Part shown: positions 31,270 to 41,164 of the stretch, one piece after another
How the letters are laid out: each line of letters opens with the position of its first letter
How positions within the stretch are numbered: the first letter of the stretch is position 1
Assembly (NCBI GenBank): GCA_963751275.1
Contig: CAVVTZ010000009.1
Span: 1-64,000, forward strand
Direction: 5' to 3'
Origin: an uncultured Gemmatimonadaceae bacterium
GTDB lineage: Bacteria > Gemmatimonadota > Gemmatimonadetes > Gemmatimonadales > Gemmatimonadaceae
DNA: 64,000 nucleotides
Position numbers and translations under genes: made by a program
Notes under the pieces: generated by a model
What the model saw: only the letters and a program-made list of their open reading frames with translations
What the model was told of the DNA's origin: nothing
Databases searched by the model: none

Positions 31270-33546
31270 TCAGGCGGCGAAACCCATGCGCTCGAGGATC
31301 GCGCCGAACCGCGCATCGGTGCGCAGCGTGTCGTAATTCTGGCGCACGCGCACCCAGATGAGGTCGCTGGCGCGCTCTTCCACCGCGCGGCCGAGCGCGC
31401 GGAAGGCCTGCTCCGACTCGCCGAGCGCGGCGTGCACCTGCGCGAGGAGCGTGAGCGACACGTAGCGCGTGCGCCCGTCCTCGATGAGGCGCGCCAATTC
31501 CGCGCGGGCGCGGTCCGGTGCTCCGGCGCGCGCCAGCGTGCAGGCGAGCGCGGCGACGGTCTCGGGACTGCGGCCGCTGTGGTCCACCGCGCGTTCCACC
31601 GCCGCGACGGCCTCGGCGTGGCGGCCGAGCTCGGTGAGCGCCTGCCCGCGGAAGGAGTGGGTGAGCGCGAACTCCGGCACGATCTCGAGCGCCGCATTGG
31701 CGGCCTCGAGCGCCTCCGCGTAGCGGCGCGCATAGTAGAGCGACCCGCACAGGCTCATGTGCAGCACGGGCGAGAGCGGATCGAGCAGGAGGCAGCGGCG
31801 GATCGCGGCGAGCGATTCGTCGTGGCGTCCGGCGGGCGTGAGGACGAAGGTCGAGAGCCACTGCGTGCCCGCCGGGTACTGCGGATCGATCTGCACCGCG
31901 CGCTCGAACTCCGCGATCGCGCCGGGCCGGTCCCAGTCATAGGCGGCGCGCACCATCCCGAGCGCCGCGTGCGGCTCCGCGCGCGACGGGTCGAGCGCGA
32001 TCGCGCGGCGCGCTGCCTCCTTGGCCTTGGGCATCGCTTCCGATGGCGCCACCGCGCCGTAGACCGCGAGCAATCCCCAGGCCTCGGCCTCGCCGGCGAA
32101 CGCGAGCGCGTAGCCGGCGTCGCGCTCGCGTGCCGACGTGTAGTACTCGATCGCCTTGTTCAAACCGGTCTCGGTGCGGCGGTTCGCCATGTGGCGCCCG
32201 CGCAGCAGCAGCTCGTACGTGCCGGGATCGGCGGCGGCGCGCGGCGCCATGCCGCCGCCGAGCAACGAGACTTCGAGCGTGCTCGCGATCGCCTGCGCGA
32301 TCTCGTCCTGGATCGCGAACACATCGCCCGACTCGCGGTCGAACTGTTCGAACCAGAGGCGATAGCCGTCGGCGACGTTGATGAGCTGCGCGGTGATGCG
32401 CAGCCGCGCGCCGGCGCGGCGCACGCTCCCCTCGAGGATCGTGCGCACGCCCAGGCGCGCGCCGATGCCGCGGACATCCTCGGACTTGCCCTTGAACGCG
32501 AACACCGAGGTGCGCGCGACGACGCGCAGCTGCCGGAGGCGCGTGAGGGCGTTGATGATCTCCTCGGTCATGCCGTCGGAGAAGAACTCGTTGTCGGGAT
32601 CGGCGCTCATGTTCGCGAAGGGGAGCACCGCGATCGACGGCATGCCCTCTGTGGGCGCGGCGGCCTCTGCGCTGGTGACCGCGCCGCCCTCGAGGGCCGC
32701 GGCGAACTCGCCGGCGGTGGCGAAGCGGTCGGCCGGGTCGCGTGCGAGGGCGCGCTGGGCCGCGCGCTCGGCGCTCTCGGGCGCGTCGGGGCGCAGGCGG
32801 CGGAGCAGGGGCGCGTCCTCGATGAAGCGGCGCGCGAGCGTCACCTGCGCCGATGGACCGGCGAAGGGCGGCGCGCCAGTGAGCATCTCGTAGAGCACCA
32901 CGCCGAGGCTGTAGATGTCAGTGCGGCCGTCGAGCTGCTCGTCGCCGGCGGCCTGTTCGAGGCTCATATAGGCGGGCGTGCCGAGGACGAACCCCGCCTC
33001 GGTGGTGTGCGAGAGCGCATCCTGCTGGCCGCTCGTGCGGTGCGGGCCGGTGGACGCGCTCATCGCCTTGCCGATGCCGAAATCCGCGACCACCGCGTGC
33101 CCCGATGCCATGAGGATGTTCTCGGGTTTGATGTCGCGGTGCACGACGCCCACGGCGTGCGCGTAGTTGAGCGCGTCGGCCACTTCGCGTGTGATGCGGA
33201 TCGCGTCGGCGACCGGCAGGCGCTGCTCGCGCAGCAGGCGGTCGCGCAGCGACTCGCCGGGCACGAAGGGCATCACGTAGTACGGAAGGTCGCCGGCGCG
33301 GCCGGAGTCGATGAGCGGCACGATGTTCGGGTGCATCAGGCGCGCCGCGATCTGGATCTCGCGCAGGAAGCGCTCGACGCTCACGGCGGGCGCGATCTCG
33401 GGGAGGAGCACCTTGATCGCGACGCGGCGGTCATGCTTGCGGTCGTGGGCCAGGAAGACCGTCGCGGAGCCGCCGCGCCCGAGCTCGCGCTCGATCGCAT
33501 AACTCCCCGCGAGCGCAACTTCCAATCCCTGGCGCCACTCGGTCAT
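31270..33546 (-). CDS. Hanks-type Ser/Thr kinase with TolB-N-like and TPR domains
   Basis: LGRGGSATV, VAIK, HRDIKPEN, DFG, GTPAYMS; SIAVLPFANMS..FSDGMTEE; TPRs. Confidence 0.95.
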   Translation of the reverse strand: MTEWRQGLEVALAGSYAIERELGRGGSATVFLAHDRKHDRRVAIKVLLPEIAPAVSVERFLREIQIAARLMHPNIVPLIDSGRAGDLPYYVMPFVPGESLRDRLLREQRLPVADAIRITREVADALNYAHAVGVVHRDIKPENILMASGHAVVADFGIGKAMSASTGPHRTSGQQDALSHTTEAGFVLGTPAYMSLEQAAGDEQLDGRTDIYSLGVVLYEMLTGAPPFAGPSAQVTLARRFIEDAPLLRRLRPDAPESAERAAQRALARDPADRFATAGEFAAALEGGAVTSAEAAAPTEGMPSIAVLPFANMSADPDNEFFSDGMTEEIINALTRLRQLRVVARTSVFAFKGKSEDVRGIGARLGVRTILEGSVRRAGARLRITAQLINVADGYRLWFEQFDRESGDVFAIQDEIAQAIASTLEVSLLGGGMAPRAAADPGTYELLLRGRHMANRRTETGLNKAIEYYTSARERDAGYALAFAGEAEAWGLLAVYGAVAPSEAMPKAKEAARRAIALDPSRAEPHAALGMVRAAYDWDRPGAIAEFERAVQIDPQYPAGTQWLSTFVLTPAGRHDESLAAIRRCLLLDPLSPVLHMSLCGSLYYARRYAEALEAANAALEIVPEFALTHSFRGQALTELGRHAEAVAAVERAVDHSGRSPETVAALACTLARAGAPDRARAELARLIEDGRTRYVSLTLLAQVHAALGESEQAFRALGRAVEERASDLIWVRVRQNYDTLRTDARFGAILERMGFAA

Positions 33547-33698
33547 CGGCAACGGATCTCCTGTCGGGCAGCCCAAAGGTAGGAACGCGAGTGGGGAGCG
33601 TCCAGCCGCGGCGCTTGCACGGGTGCGCACGGGCCGGTCTATTTGCGCGAGCGAGGCGCCGCGCCGGCGCCGCATCCCCTTCTCCAACGGGAATCCGA

Positions 33699-35508
33699 AT
33701 GGCGCGCATCGTTCTTAGGACGGCGATCGTTGCCGGCACCCTGGCGCTGCTGACGCAGCTGCTCCCCGTGCCGCCCGCTGGGGCGCGCGCGCGGCGCGCG
33801 CCGGCGGCCGGACTCAAGGTGGGCATCTCGTTCGCGGAGGCGCAGAGCGCGGCGCCGCTCGACGGGCGCATGCTGCTGCTGATTTCGACCGACAGCAGCG
33901 CGGAACCGCGCTTCCAGATCACTGACGGCACGGCGACACAGCAGGCGTTCGGCGTGGATGTGGACGGTCTCGCGCCGGGGCAGGAAGCGATGTTCGACGC
34001 GAATGTGCTGGGCATATCCGGTGGCGAGCCTCGCCGGCGTGAAAGCCGGGGACTATTGGGTGCAGGGATTGCTGCACGTGTACACGACCTATCACCGCGC
34101 CGACGGGCACGTCGTGAAGCTGCCGGCCGACCGCGGCGAGGGGCAGCAGTGGAACCTCGCGCCGGGGAATCTGTACAGCACGCCGCGCCGGGTGCACATC
34201 GATCCGTCGAGCGCCGAGCCGCTGCACATCGTGCTCGACCGGAAGATCGGACCGGTACCCGTGGTGAAGGACACCAAGTACGTGAAGCACGTGCGTTTCC
34301 TGAGCGAGAGGCTCACGAAGTTCTGGGGGACGCCCACGTACCTCGGCGCCATCGTCGTCTTGCCCGAGGGATGGGACACTCATCCGAACGCGCATTATCC
34401 GCTGGCGCTCGCGCACGGGCACTTCGAGGATGATGACGACGCGTTCCGCGAGACGCCGCCCGACACGACGCTGCCGATGTACGACTTGGACAGCATCAAC
34501 CTGCACTGCCCCAACGGCCATGAAGGCGCATGGTGCACGAAGTTCGGCTACGAGCGGTTCGCGCAGGTGATGGCGTACAAGTTCTTCCAGCAGTGGACGT
34601 CGAAGACGGCGAAATTCCCGCGCGTGATCAAGCTCACGATCCAGCACGCGAACCAGTATTACGACGATTCATACGCCGTGAACTCCGAGAATCTCGGGCC
34701 GTACGGTGACGCGATCAATTATGAGCTGCTGCCGTTCATCGAGAAGACGTACCGCGGGCTGGGTCCCTGGGCGCGCGCGACGTACGGCGGATCGACCGGC
34801 GGGTGGGAGGCGCTGAGCGCGCAGGTGATGTATCCCGATCTGTACAACGGGACGTACGCGAACTGTCCCGACCCGATCGATTTCCACGCCTACACGACGA
34901 TCGACCTCTACGACGACGCCAACGCGTTCTTCGCGATCGGGCCGTGGCGCACCACGCCGCGGCCGGCGGAGCGGGATTACCTGGGCCGCACGCGCGCGAC
35001 GGTGGAGCAGGTGAATACCCGCGAGCTGGTGCTGGGCACGCACTCGCGCTCGGGTGGACAGTGGGATATCTGGGAGGCCGTCTTCTCGCCGGTGGGAACC
35101 GACGGCTACCCGCAGCGGATCTATGACAAGCGCACGGGCACGATCGATCCGAAGGTGGCGGCATACTGGAAAGAGCACTACGATCTCGTGAACATCATGC
35201 GGCGCGATTGGGCGACGCTCGGGCCGAAGCTGCAGGGGAAGATCAATATCAATGTCGGGTTGTCGGACAATTTCTTTCTCAATGACGCGGTCTATTATGC
35301 GCAGGGGTTCCTTGCCGATGCGAAGCATCCTGCGTCCGGCGCGAAGTTCGATTACGGGATGAGGGATGAGCATTGTTGGAGCGGGGATCATTCCGTCTCC
35401 AATGCCGTTTCGCGGTTGACCTACGATTCCAGGTTCATTCCGATGATGGCGGTGCATTGGACTTCGACGGCACCCAAGGGGGCGGACGTGGTTTCTTGGA
35501 AGTACTGA
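33699..35508 (+). CDS. Exported putative esterase (alpha/beta hydrolase; indel near 34014)
   Basis: Signal peptide; YYDDSYAVNSENLGPYGDAI; GGSTGG nucleophile elbow; C-terminal EHCW. Confidence 0.75.
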
Positions 35509-35623
35509 ACTGCGAGTCGACAGTCGACAGTGATGGCATGACGACTTTGAACGGCAACGGCGTGTGCAGTGAGTAGTTCGTAGGCAGCGAGTCCCGAGTC
35601 CCGAATCCCGAGTACTTTAGGTC

Positions 35624-36346
35624 ATGCCCGACGACAGCGCGCCACAGCTCGAGACCTTCGCTTCGTTCGATACGCTCTCCCTCGGTGCGGCGGAGCGCAT
35701 CGCGCATGCGGCGCGCGCGGCGGTGTACAGCCGGAAGCGGTTCCGGCTCGTGCTGTCGGGCGGGGAGCAGTTGCGCGCGCTCTACCGGCGCCTCGCGGAC
35801 GAGTATCACGACCGCATCCAATGGCCACAGGCAACGGTGTTCTTCGCCGATGAGCGATGCGTGCCGGCGCACAATTCCGAGAGCAATTACGCGATGGCGG
35901 CCGGTGCGCTCCTCTCGCACGTGCCGATCGCGAAGCGCAACGAGCACCGGCTCACGGGCGAGCTCGATGCCGCCGATGCGGCGCGCACGTACGAAAAGGA
36001 ATTGCGGAAGGAATGTCCGGTGGCCGAGGAGCCGGCGTTCGATGTGCTGCTGCTGAACGTCGGCGAGGATGGCAGCGTCGCATCGCTCTTCCCCGGCAGT
36101 CCGTCGCTGGAGGAGCACGAGCGATGGGTGCTGCCCGTGCGCGCGCCGGCGACGGAGACGACCGCCGAGCGGATCACGCTGACGCTGCCGATCCTCAACC
36201 GCGCGCGCGAGGTGATCCTGATCGCGGCCGGCGCGGCGCGCGCCGCGATCGCGCGCGCCGTGCTGGCGCGGGACCCCGCCGCGCTCGAGCTCCCCGCCGC
36301 GATGGTGCGGGGGCTCGAGAAGACGGTGTGGCTGACTACTCCTTAG
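35624..36346 (+). CDS. pgl: 6-phosphogluconolactonase-like protein with a divergent active site
   Basis: LSGG, FFADERCVP..SESNY, GEDG-S-VASLFP, ERITLTLP. Confidence 0.8.
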   Translation: MPDDSAPQLETFASFDTLSLGAAERIAHAARAAVYSRKRFRLVLSGGEQLRALYRRLADEYHDRIQWPQATVFFADERCVPAHNSESNYAMAAGALLSHVPIAKRNEHRLTGELDAADAARTYEKELRKECPVAEEPAFDVLLLNVGEDGSVASLFPGSPSLEEHERWVLPVRAPATETTAERITLTLPILNRAREVILIAAGAARAAIARAVLARDPAALELPAAMVRGLEKTVWLTTP

Positions 36347-36505
36347 GGCGTCTGTAGGCCCTAGTACCGCTTGAAGGGCGCGTCTGGGAGGCAGCGTGTG
36401 GTACCACGCGGCGTGAGTAGCGCAGTCCCCCACTCACGCCGAGCCGTACTAGACGCTGCGTCCCAGACGCGCCCTTCAAGTGGTACTAGGGCCTAGATAC
36501 GCCCT
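36345..36505. repeat. ~160-bp long palindromic element, copy 1
   Basis: TAGTACCGC...GGCGCGTCTGGGAGGCAGCGTGTGGTAC...GTAC..ACGCTGC.TCCCAGACGCGCC...GGTACTA; between convergent genes. Confidence 0.93.
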
Positions 36506-36512
36506 TCCTGAG

Positions 36513-39500
36513 TTATGGAGTGACCGCCGGGACCTTCAGCTCGACCATCATCGCGTTGAACGCCGCCAGCTCCTTGTCCTCGAGGCTCTTGAGGATCGCC
36601 TGCTGCGCGCGCGTCTGCTTCACGAGATCGTCCAGCGACGTGACCATCCCCGCGGTGGGCGGATCGTCGGAGCCCTGGATCATCGCGTTCAGCGTCAACA
36701 GCTGGTTGTAGATCCGCACCGGGTACACCAGCGTGATCTCGTCCGCGTGCGAATTCACCTCGGCGAGATCGCCGCGCACCACCTCGAGCTTGACGCGCAG
36801 CGCCTTCGCGGCGTCGGCCACGCGCGTCGCGTACGTCTGAGCTGATGTCTGCGTAATACGCTCGTCGAGCTGGCGCTGGATGCTCTGGATCCGGGTGACG
36901 GCGGTGCTCACGGAGTCGATCGCGGCGTGCACCTGCATCGCGAAGGCGAACTGCGCGGCGTAGCCGGCGGGGGTGGTCTTGAGACGGGGATCGCCGACCA
37001 CCGTGAACGTGCGGGTCATGCTGTCCTTGCCGGCGACGAGGCGCACCGAGTAGCGGCCGGGACTCGCCGGCGGGCCATCGACGAACCCTTCGTCATCCAC
37101 GATGTCCGCGAGCTTCTTCGCGCCGGGATACTTGAGGTCCCACACGAAGCGGTTGCCGCCGGCGTGCGCGGCCACCACCGAGTCGGCGGGCTCGTAGAAC
37201 GCGCTGTCCTCCTGCTCGCGCTGGCGGTACGACAGGCGCGCCATCGCCGCGCTGTCCGTCACGCCGCTGTCGGACTTCGCCTTGCTGCTCTTGTAGCTGC
37301 GGATCACGGTGCCCGCGGAATCGAACAGCGTGAGCGTGACCGTGCCCGCCGGCGGCGTCTTGAGCCAGTAGTCGAGGATCAGCCCGGTGGGCGGGTTCGG
37401 CGCGACGTTCTCGCCGCGGCCGCGGCCGCCTGCGAAGCGTTGCGCCGGCGCCGGCGCGAAGACGAACAGGTTCGCCTTCCGCACGGAGTCCGCGATCTGA
37501 CGGAGCGGTGTGATGTCATCGAGCGCCCAGAAGGAACGGCCGTGCGTGGCCACGAGCAGGTCGGCGCCATGGATCGTGAAATCGCGCATCGACGAATGCG
37601 GCAGGTTCATCTGCAGCGATTGCCAGTGCGCGCCGTCATCGAAGGAGACGTACACCGAGCTCTCGGTGCCCGCGAAGAGCAGCCCGCGGCGCACGGGATC
37701 CTCGCGGATCGTGCGCGTGAAGTCGTTCTCCGGGATGCCGGTCGTGATGCGCGTCCAGGTCTTGCCGTAATCGGTGGTCTTGAGCAGGTACGGATGGAAG
37801 TCATCCTGCTGGTTGCGGATCACCGCGAGGTACGCGGCGCCCGCGTCGAAGTGCGACGGCTCGACGATGTTCATCTTCGCGTACTTGCCGAGGTTCGGCG
37901 GCGTGACGTTCTGCCAGGTCGCGCCGGCGTCCTTGGAGACGTGGAGCAGTCCATCATCGGAGCCGGCCCAGAGCACGCCGGCCTTCACCGGCGACTCCGC
38001 GAAGGTGAACACGGTGGCGTACCACTCGGTGCCGGTCATGTCGTAGGTGATCGGGCCGCCCGACGGTCCCATGGTGGCGGGATCGTGCAGGGTGAGGTCC
38101 GGGCTGATGGCCTTCCACGTCTGCCCTTCGTCGGTCGTCATGAAGACCTTCTGCGCACCGACGTAGAGGCGCTTGTTGTCATGTGGCGAGTAGATGATCG
38201 GGAAGGTCCACGCGAAGCGGTACGGTACGTCCTTCACCGCGTAGCCGTCCCAGTTGTTCACGCCGAGCGAGATGTCCTGCGTCTGCTTCGTGGCGTGGTC
38301 GTAGCGCGTGATGGTGCCCATGTAGCTCGACCCGATCACGATGTTCGGCTCGCCGGCCTTCACCGCAATGTAGCCGCTCTCGCCGCCGCCCACCGCCCAG
38401 AAATCACGGATGCCGATGGCGCCATCGTCGGACATGCTCGCGATCGACACGCTCGAGTTGTCCTGTTGCGAACCGTACACGCGGTACGGGAACTGGTCGT
38501 CGGTGACCACGTGATAGAACTGCGCGGTGGGCTGCGTGTACACGCTGGACCACGTCACGCCATGGTCCATGCTGATCTGCGCGCCGCCGTCGTTGCCGTT
38601 GATCATCCGGTTCTGATCGTGCGGATCGATCCACATGATGTGCGTGTCGCCGTGCGGCACGCGCACGCGCTGGAAGGTCCGGCCGCCGTCGATGGACCGC
38701 ATCACGCCGAGGTTCATCACGTAGACGGTGTTCGGGTCAAGCGGGTCGGCAGTCAGCAAGGAGTAGTACCACGCGCGCACGCGGAAGCCCTGGTCGCTGT
38801 TCACGCGCTTCCACGTCGCGCCCGCGTCATCGGAGCGGAAGATGCCGCCCGCGCTGTCGGGCGCCTCGACGCTGGCGTACACGCGCCGCGGCTGCGCGGG
38901 CGAGACGCTCATGCCAATGCGGCCGAGTGGCGTGGCGGGGAGTCCGGGATTCGCGGAGAGTTCCTTCCACGAGTCGCCGCCGTCGATGGATTTCCAGAGG
39001 CCGCTCTTGCCGCCGCCGGCGTCCAGCCCCCACGGCGTGCGGCGCGCGCGCCACATCGAGGCGTAGAGGATGCGCGGGTTCGACGGGTCCATCGCGAGGT
39101 CGATCGCGCCGGTGTTCTCATCGAGATACAGCACTTTCTTCCAGCTGCGCCCGCCGTCGGTGGTGCGGAAGACGCCGCGCATCGCATTGGGTCCGAAGGC
39201 GTGTCCCATTGCCGCGACGTACGCAATGTCCGGATCGCGCGGATGCACGCGGATCACGCCGATGTGCCGTGAGTCGTCGAGACCCAAGTGCTGCCAGGTC
39301 TCGCCGCCGTCGGTGGAGCGCCAGACGCCATCGCCGTGCGTGAGGTCTTCGCGCCAGTCGGTCTCGCCGGTGCCCACCCAGATCACGTTCGGATCGCTGG
39401 GCGCGATCGCGATGGCGCCGACGGACGCGATCGTCGACTTGCCGTCGGAGATGTTCGTCCAGCTCTGGCCCGCGTTCGTGGTGCGCCACACGCCGCCGTC

Positions 39501-39737
39501 CACCGCGCCCATGTAGAATTCCCCGCGGCGAGTGGGGTGTCCCGCGACGGCCACCGCTCGTCCTCCACGGAAGGGTCCGACGAGCCGCCACGTGAGTCCG
39601 CGGAGCGCGGGATCGTAGGCCGGGCGCGCGGTGTCGGGCTTGGACTGCGCACCGGCTGAGGCGGCGGCGAGGAGAGCGAGTGCGGCGAAGGCACGGCGGG
39701 CTGGAACAGCGAGCATTTTGGGGCTCCGGAGGCTCAT
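36513..39737 (-). CDS. VPS10/sortilin-type BNR-repeat glycosyl hydrolase-like protein
   Basis: WRLVGPFRGGR, repeated SxDGGxTW Asp boxes, ATHGRSFW, signal peptide. Confidence 0.92.
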   Translation of the reverse strand: MSLRSPKMLAVPARRAFAALALLAAASAGAQSKPDTARPAYDPALRGLTWRLVGPFRGGRAVAVAGHPTRRGEFYMGAVDGGVWRTTNAGQSWTNISDGKSTIASVGAIAIAPSDPNVIWVGTGETDWREDLTHGDGVWRSTDGGETWQHLGLDDSRHIGVIRVHPRDPDIAYVAAMGHAFGPNAMRGVFRTTDGGRSWKKVLYLDENTGAIDLAMDPSNPRILYASMWRARRTPWGLDAGGGKSGLWKSIDGGDSWKELSANPGLPATPLGRIGMSVSPAQPRRVYASVEAPDSAGGIFRSDDAGATWKRVNSDQGFRVRAWYYSLLTADPLDPNTVYVMNLGVMRSIDGGRTFQRVRVPHGDTHIMWIDPHDQNRMINGNDGGAQISMDHGVTWSSVYTQPTAQFYHVVTDDQFPYRVYGSQQDNSSVSIASMSDDGAIGIRDFWAVGGGESGYIAVKAGEPNIVIGSSYMGTITRYDHATKQTQDISLGVNNWDGYAVKDVPYRFAWTFPIIYSPHDNKRLYVGAQKVFMTTDEGQTWKAISPDLTLHDPATMGPSGGPITYDMTGTEWYATVFTFAESPVKAGVLWAGSDDGLLHVSKDAGATWQNVTPPNLGKYAKMNIVEPSHFDAGAAYLAVIRNQQDDFHPYLLKTTDYGKTWTRITTGIPENDFTRTIREDPVRRGLLFAGTESSVYVSFDDGAHWQSLQMNLPHSSMRDFTIHGADLLVATHGRSFWALDDITPLRQIADSVRKANLFVFAPAPAQRFAGGRGRGENVAPNPPTGLILDYWLKTPPAGTVTLTLFDSAGTVIRSYKSSKAKSDSGVTDSAAMARLSYRQREQEDSAFYEPADSVVAAHAGGNRFVWDLKYPGAKKLADIVDDEGFVDGPPASPGRYSVRLVAGKDSMTRTFTVVGDPRLKTTPAGYAAQFAFAMQVHAAIDSVSTAVTRIQSIQRQLDERITQTSAQTYATRVADAAKALRVKLEVVRGDLAEVNSHADEITLVYPVRIYNQLLTLNAMIQGSDDPPTAGMVTSLDDLVKQTRAQQAILKSLEDKELAAFNAMMVELKVPAVTP

Positions 39738-39823
39738 GGGGGACGGCGCGAATCTTACGCCGCGGCGGGCGGGGGCGCTATGCTACTACTCGGGAATCGG
39801 GATTCGGGACTCGGGAGCCAATA

Positions 39824-41143
39824 GTGAATAGGAAACGCGTCCTCTTCGCCGGCATCGTCTTCCTCGGCGCGTTCGCCGCCGGGTCGGTCGCGCGCGTGGA
39901 TACGCGGGCGGGGGTGCGGGCGTTGGAGGGTAAGATGCGCAGCGTGACGGGCCCCAAGTTCCCGGAGGGGGATACGCTCGCGATCGCCGACACCCTGTTC
40001 GCGCGCTGTGGGAAGACCGACATGCGGATGAAGGAGCGCTGCTACCAGCCGCAGGTGCTCGCGCTGCGCGAGCAGCGCGGGACGCGCTTCGCCATGGGCG
40101 CGCTGCACCGGCTCATCGCGCTCGACCGCGACGTGGCGTACAACGGCCACGACTACGCGCACATGATCGGGATCACGACCTTCAAGGCGTCCAACGATTT
40201 CTCGTCGTCGTTCAAGAGCTGCACGGAGATCCTGCAGTCGGGCTGCTACCACGGCGTGATCCAGACCTACCTCATGAGCTTCCCGAACGTGGGAGCGCCC
40301 GAGGTGAATTCCGTGTGCCGCGAATACACGACGCCCGACGCGGACCGCTGGCTGCGGTTCCAGTGCGTGCACGGCATGGGGCACGGACTCACAATGTTCT
40401 ACGACCACGACCTGCCGCGGGCGCTCAAGGGCTGCGACATGCTGAGCGAAGAATGGGACCGGAAATCCTGCTATGGCGGCGCCTTCATGGAGAACATCGT
40501 GTTCGCGACCGATCCCAGCATGGCGAACATGGTGATGGGCACGGAGGAGGCGGGCGGGAAGATGGACATGCCGATGAACGATCACGGCACCGCGAAGCCG
40601 AAGTTCAAGATGATCGACCGGGCCGATCCGTTCTTCCCATGCTCCGCGCTCGGTGACCAGTACCAGGCGGACTGCTGGCAGATGCAGCCGGCCGTGATGA
40701 TGTACCTGTTCGACGGGGACTGGACGAAGTCGTTCGCGGCGTGCGACAAAGCGCCGGAGCGCTGGCGCGCCGAGTGCTACCAGGGACTCGGCACCACGAT
40801 CAGCGGCGGCACGATCCAGGATCACGGCGACGCGATCCGTCTCTGCTCGCGCGGCAGCGAACGATACCAGCCGTGGTGCTATGAAGGCGTCGTGAAGAAC
40901 TTCATCGACGTGACCGCGAAGTCCGAGGATGGGATCTCCTTCTGCAAGGTCGTGCCCGGGCTCGCGAACCGCTTGAAGTGTTATCAGAGCGTGGGCGAGG
41001 AGATCGCGGTGCTGCGCAACGCGCTCGACGACCGGAAGCCGCTGTGCAATGTGATCACCGGGGATCCCGCCGGCCTCGCGGCGTGCTTGTACGGCGCGCA
41101 ACTCACCACGGAGCCGCCGCGCGGATTGCCGGTTGCCGGCTAG
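39824..41143 (+). CDS. Membrane-anchored Cys/His/Met-rich hypothetical protein
   Basis: N-terminal TM; HDYAHMIG, CYHG, CVHGMGHG, CYGGAFMEN; Met-rich linker; many paired Cys. Confidence 0.8.
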   Translation: MNRKRVLFAGIVFLGAFAAGSVARVDTRAGVRALEGKMRSVTGPKFPEGDTLAIADTLFARCGKTDMRMKERCYQPQVLALREQRGTRFAMGALHRLIALDRDVAYNGHDYAHMIGITTFKASNDFSSSFKSCTEILQSGCYHGVIQTYLMSFPNVGAPEVNSVCREYTTPDADRWLRFQCVHGMGHGLTMFYDHDLPRALKGCDMLSEEWDRKSCYGGAFMENIVFATDPSMANMVMGTEEAGGKMDMPMNDHGTAKPKFKMIDRADPFFPCSALGDQYQADCWQMQPAVMMYLFDGDWTKSFAACDKAPERWRAECYQGLGTTISGGTIQDHGDAIRLCSRGSERYQPWCYEGVVKNFIDVTAKSEDGISFCKVVPGLANRLKCYQSVGEEIAVLRNALDDRKPLCNVITGDPAGLAACLYGAQLTTEPPRGLPVAG

Positions 41144-41164
41144 TGCGCTGACGCCGGGCGTGCC

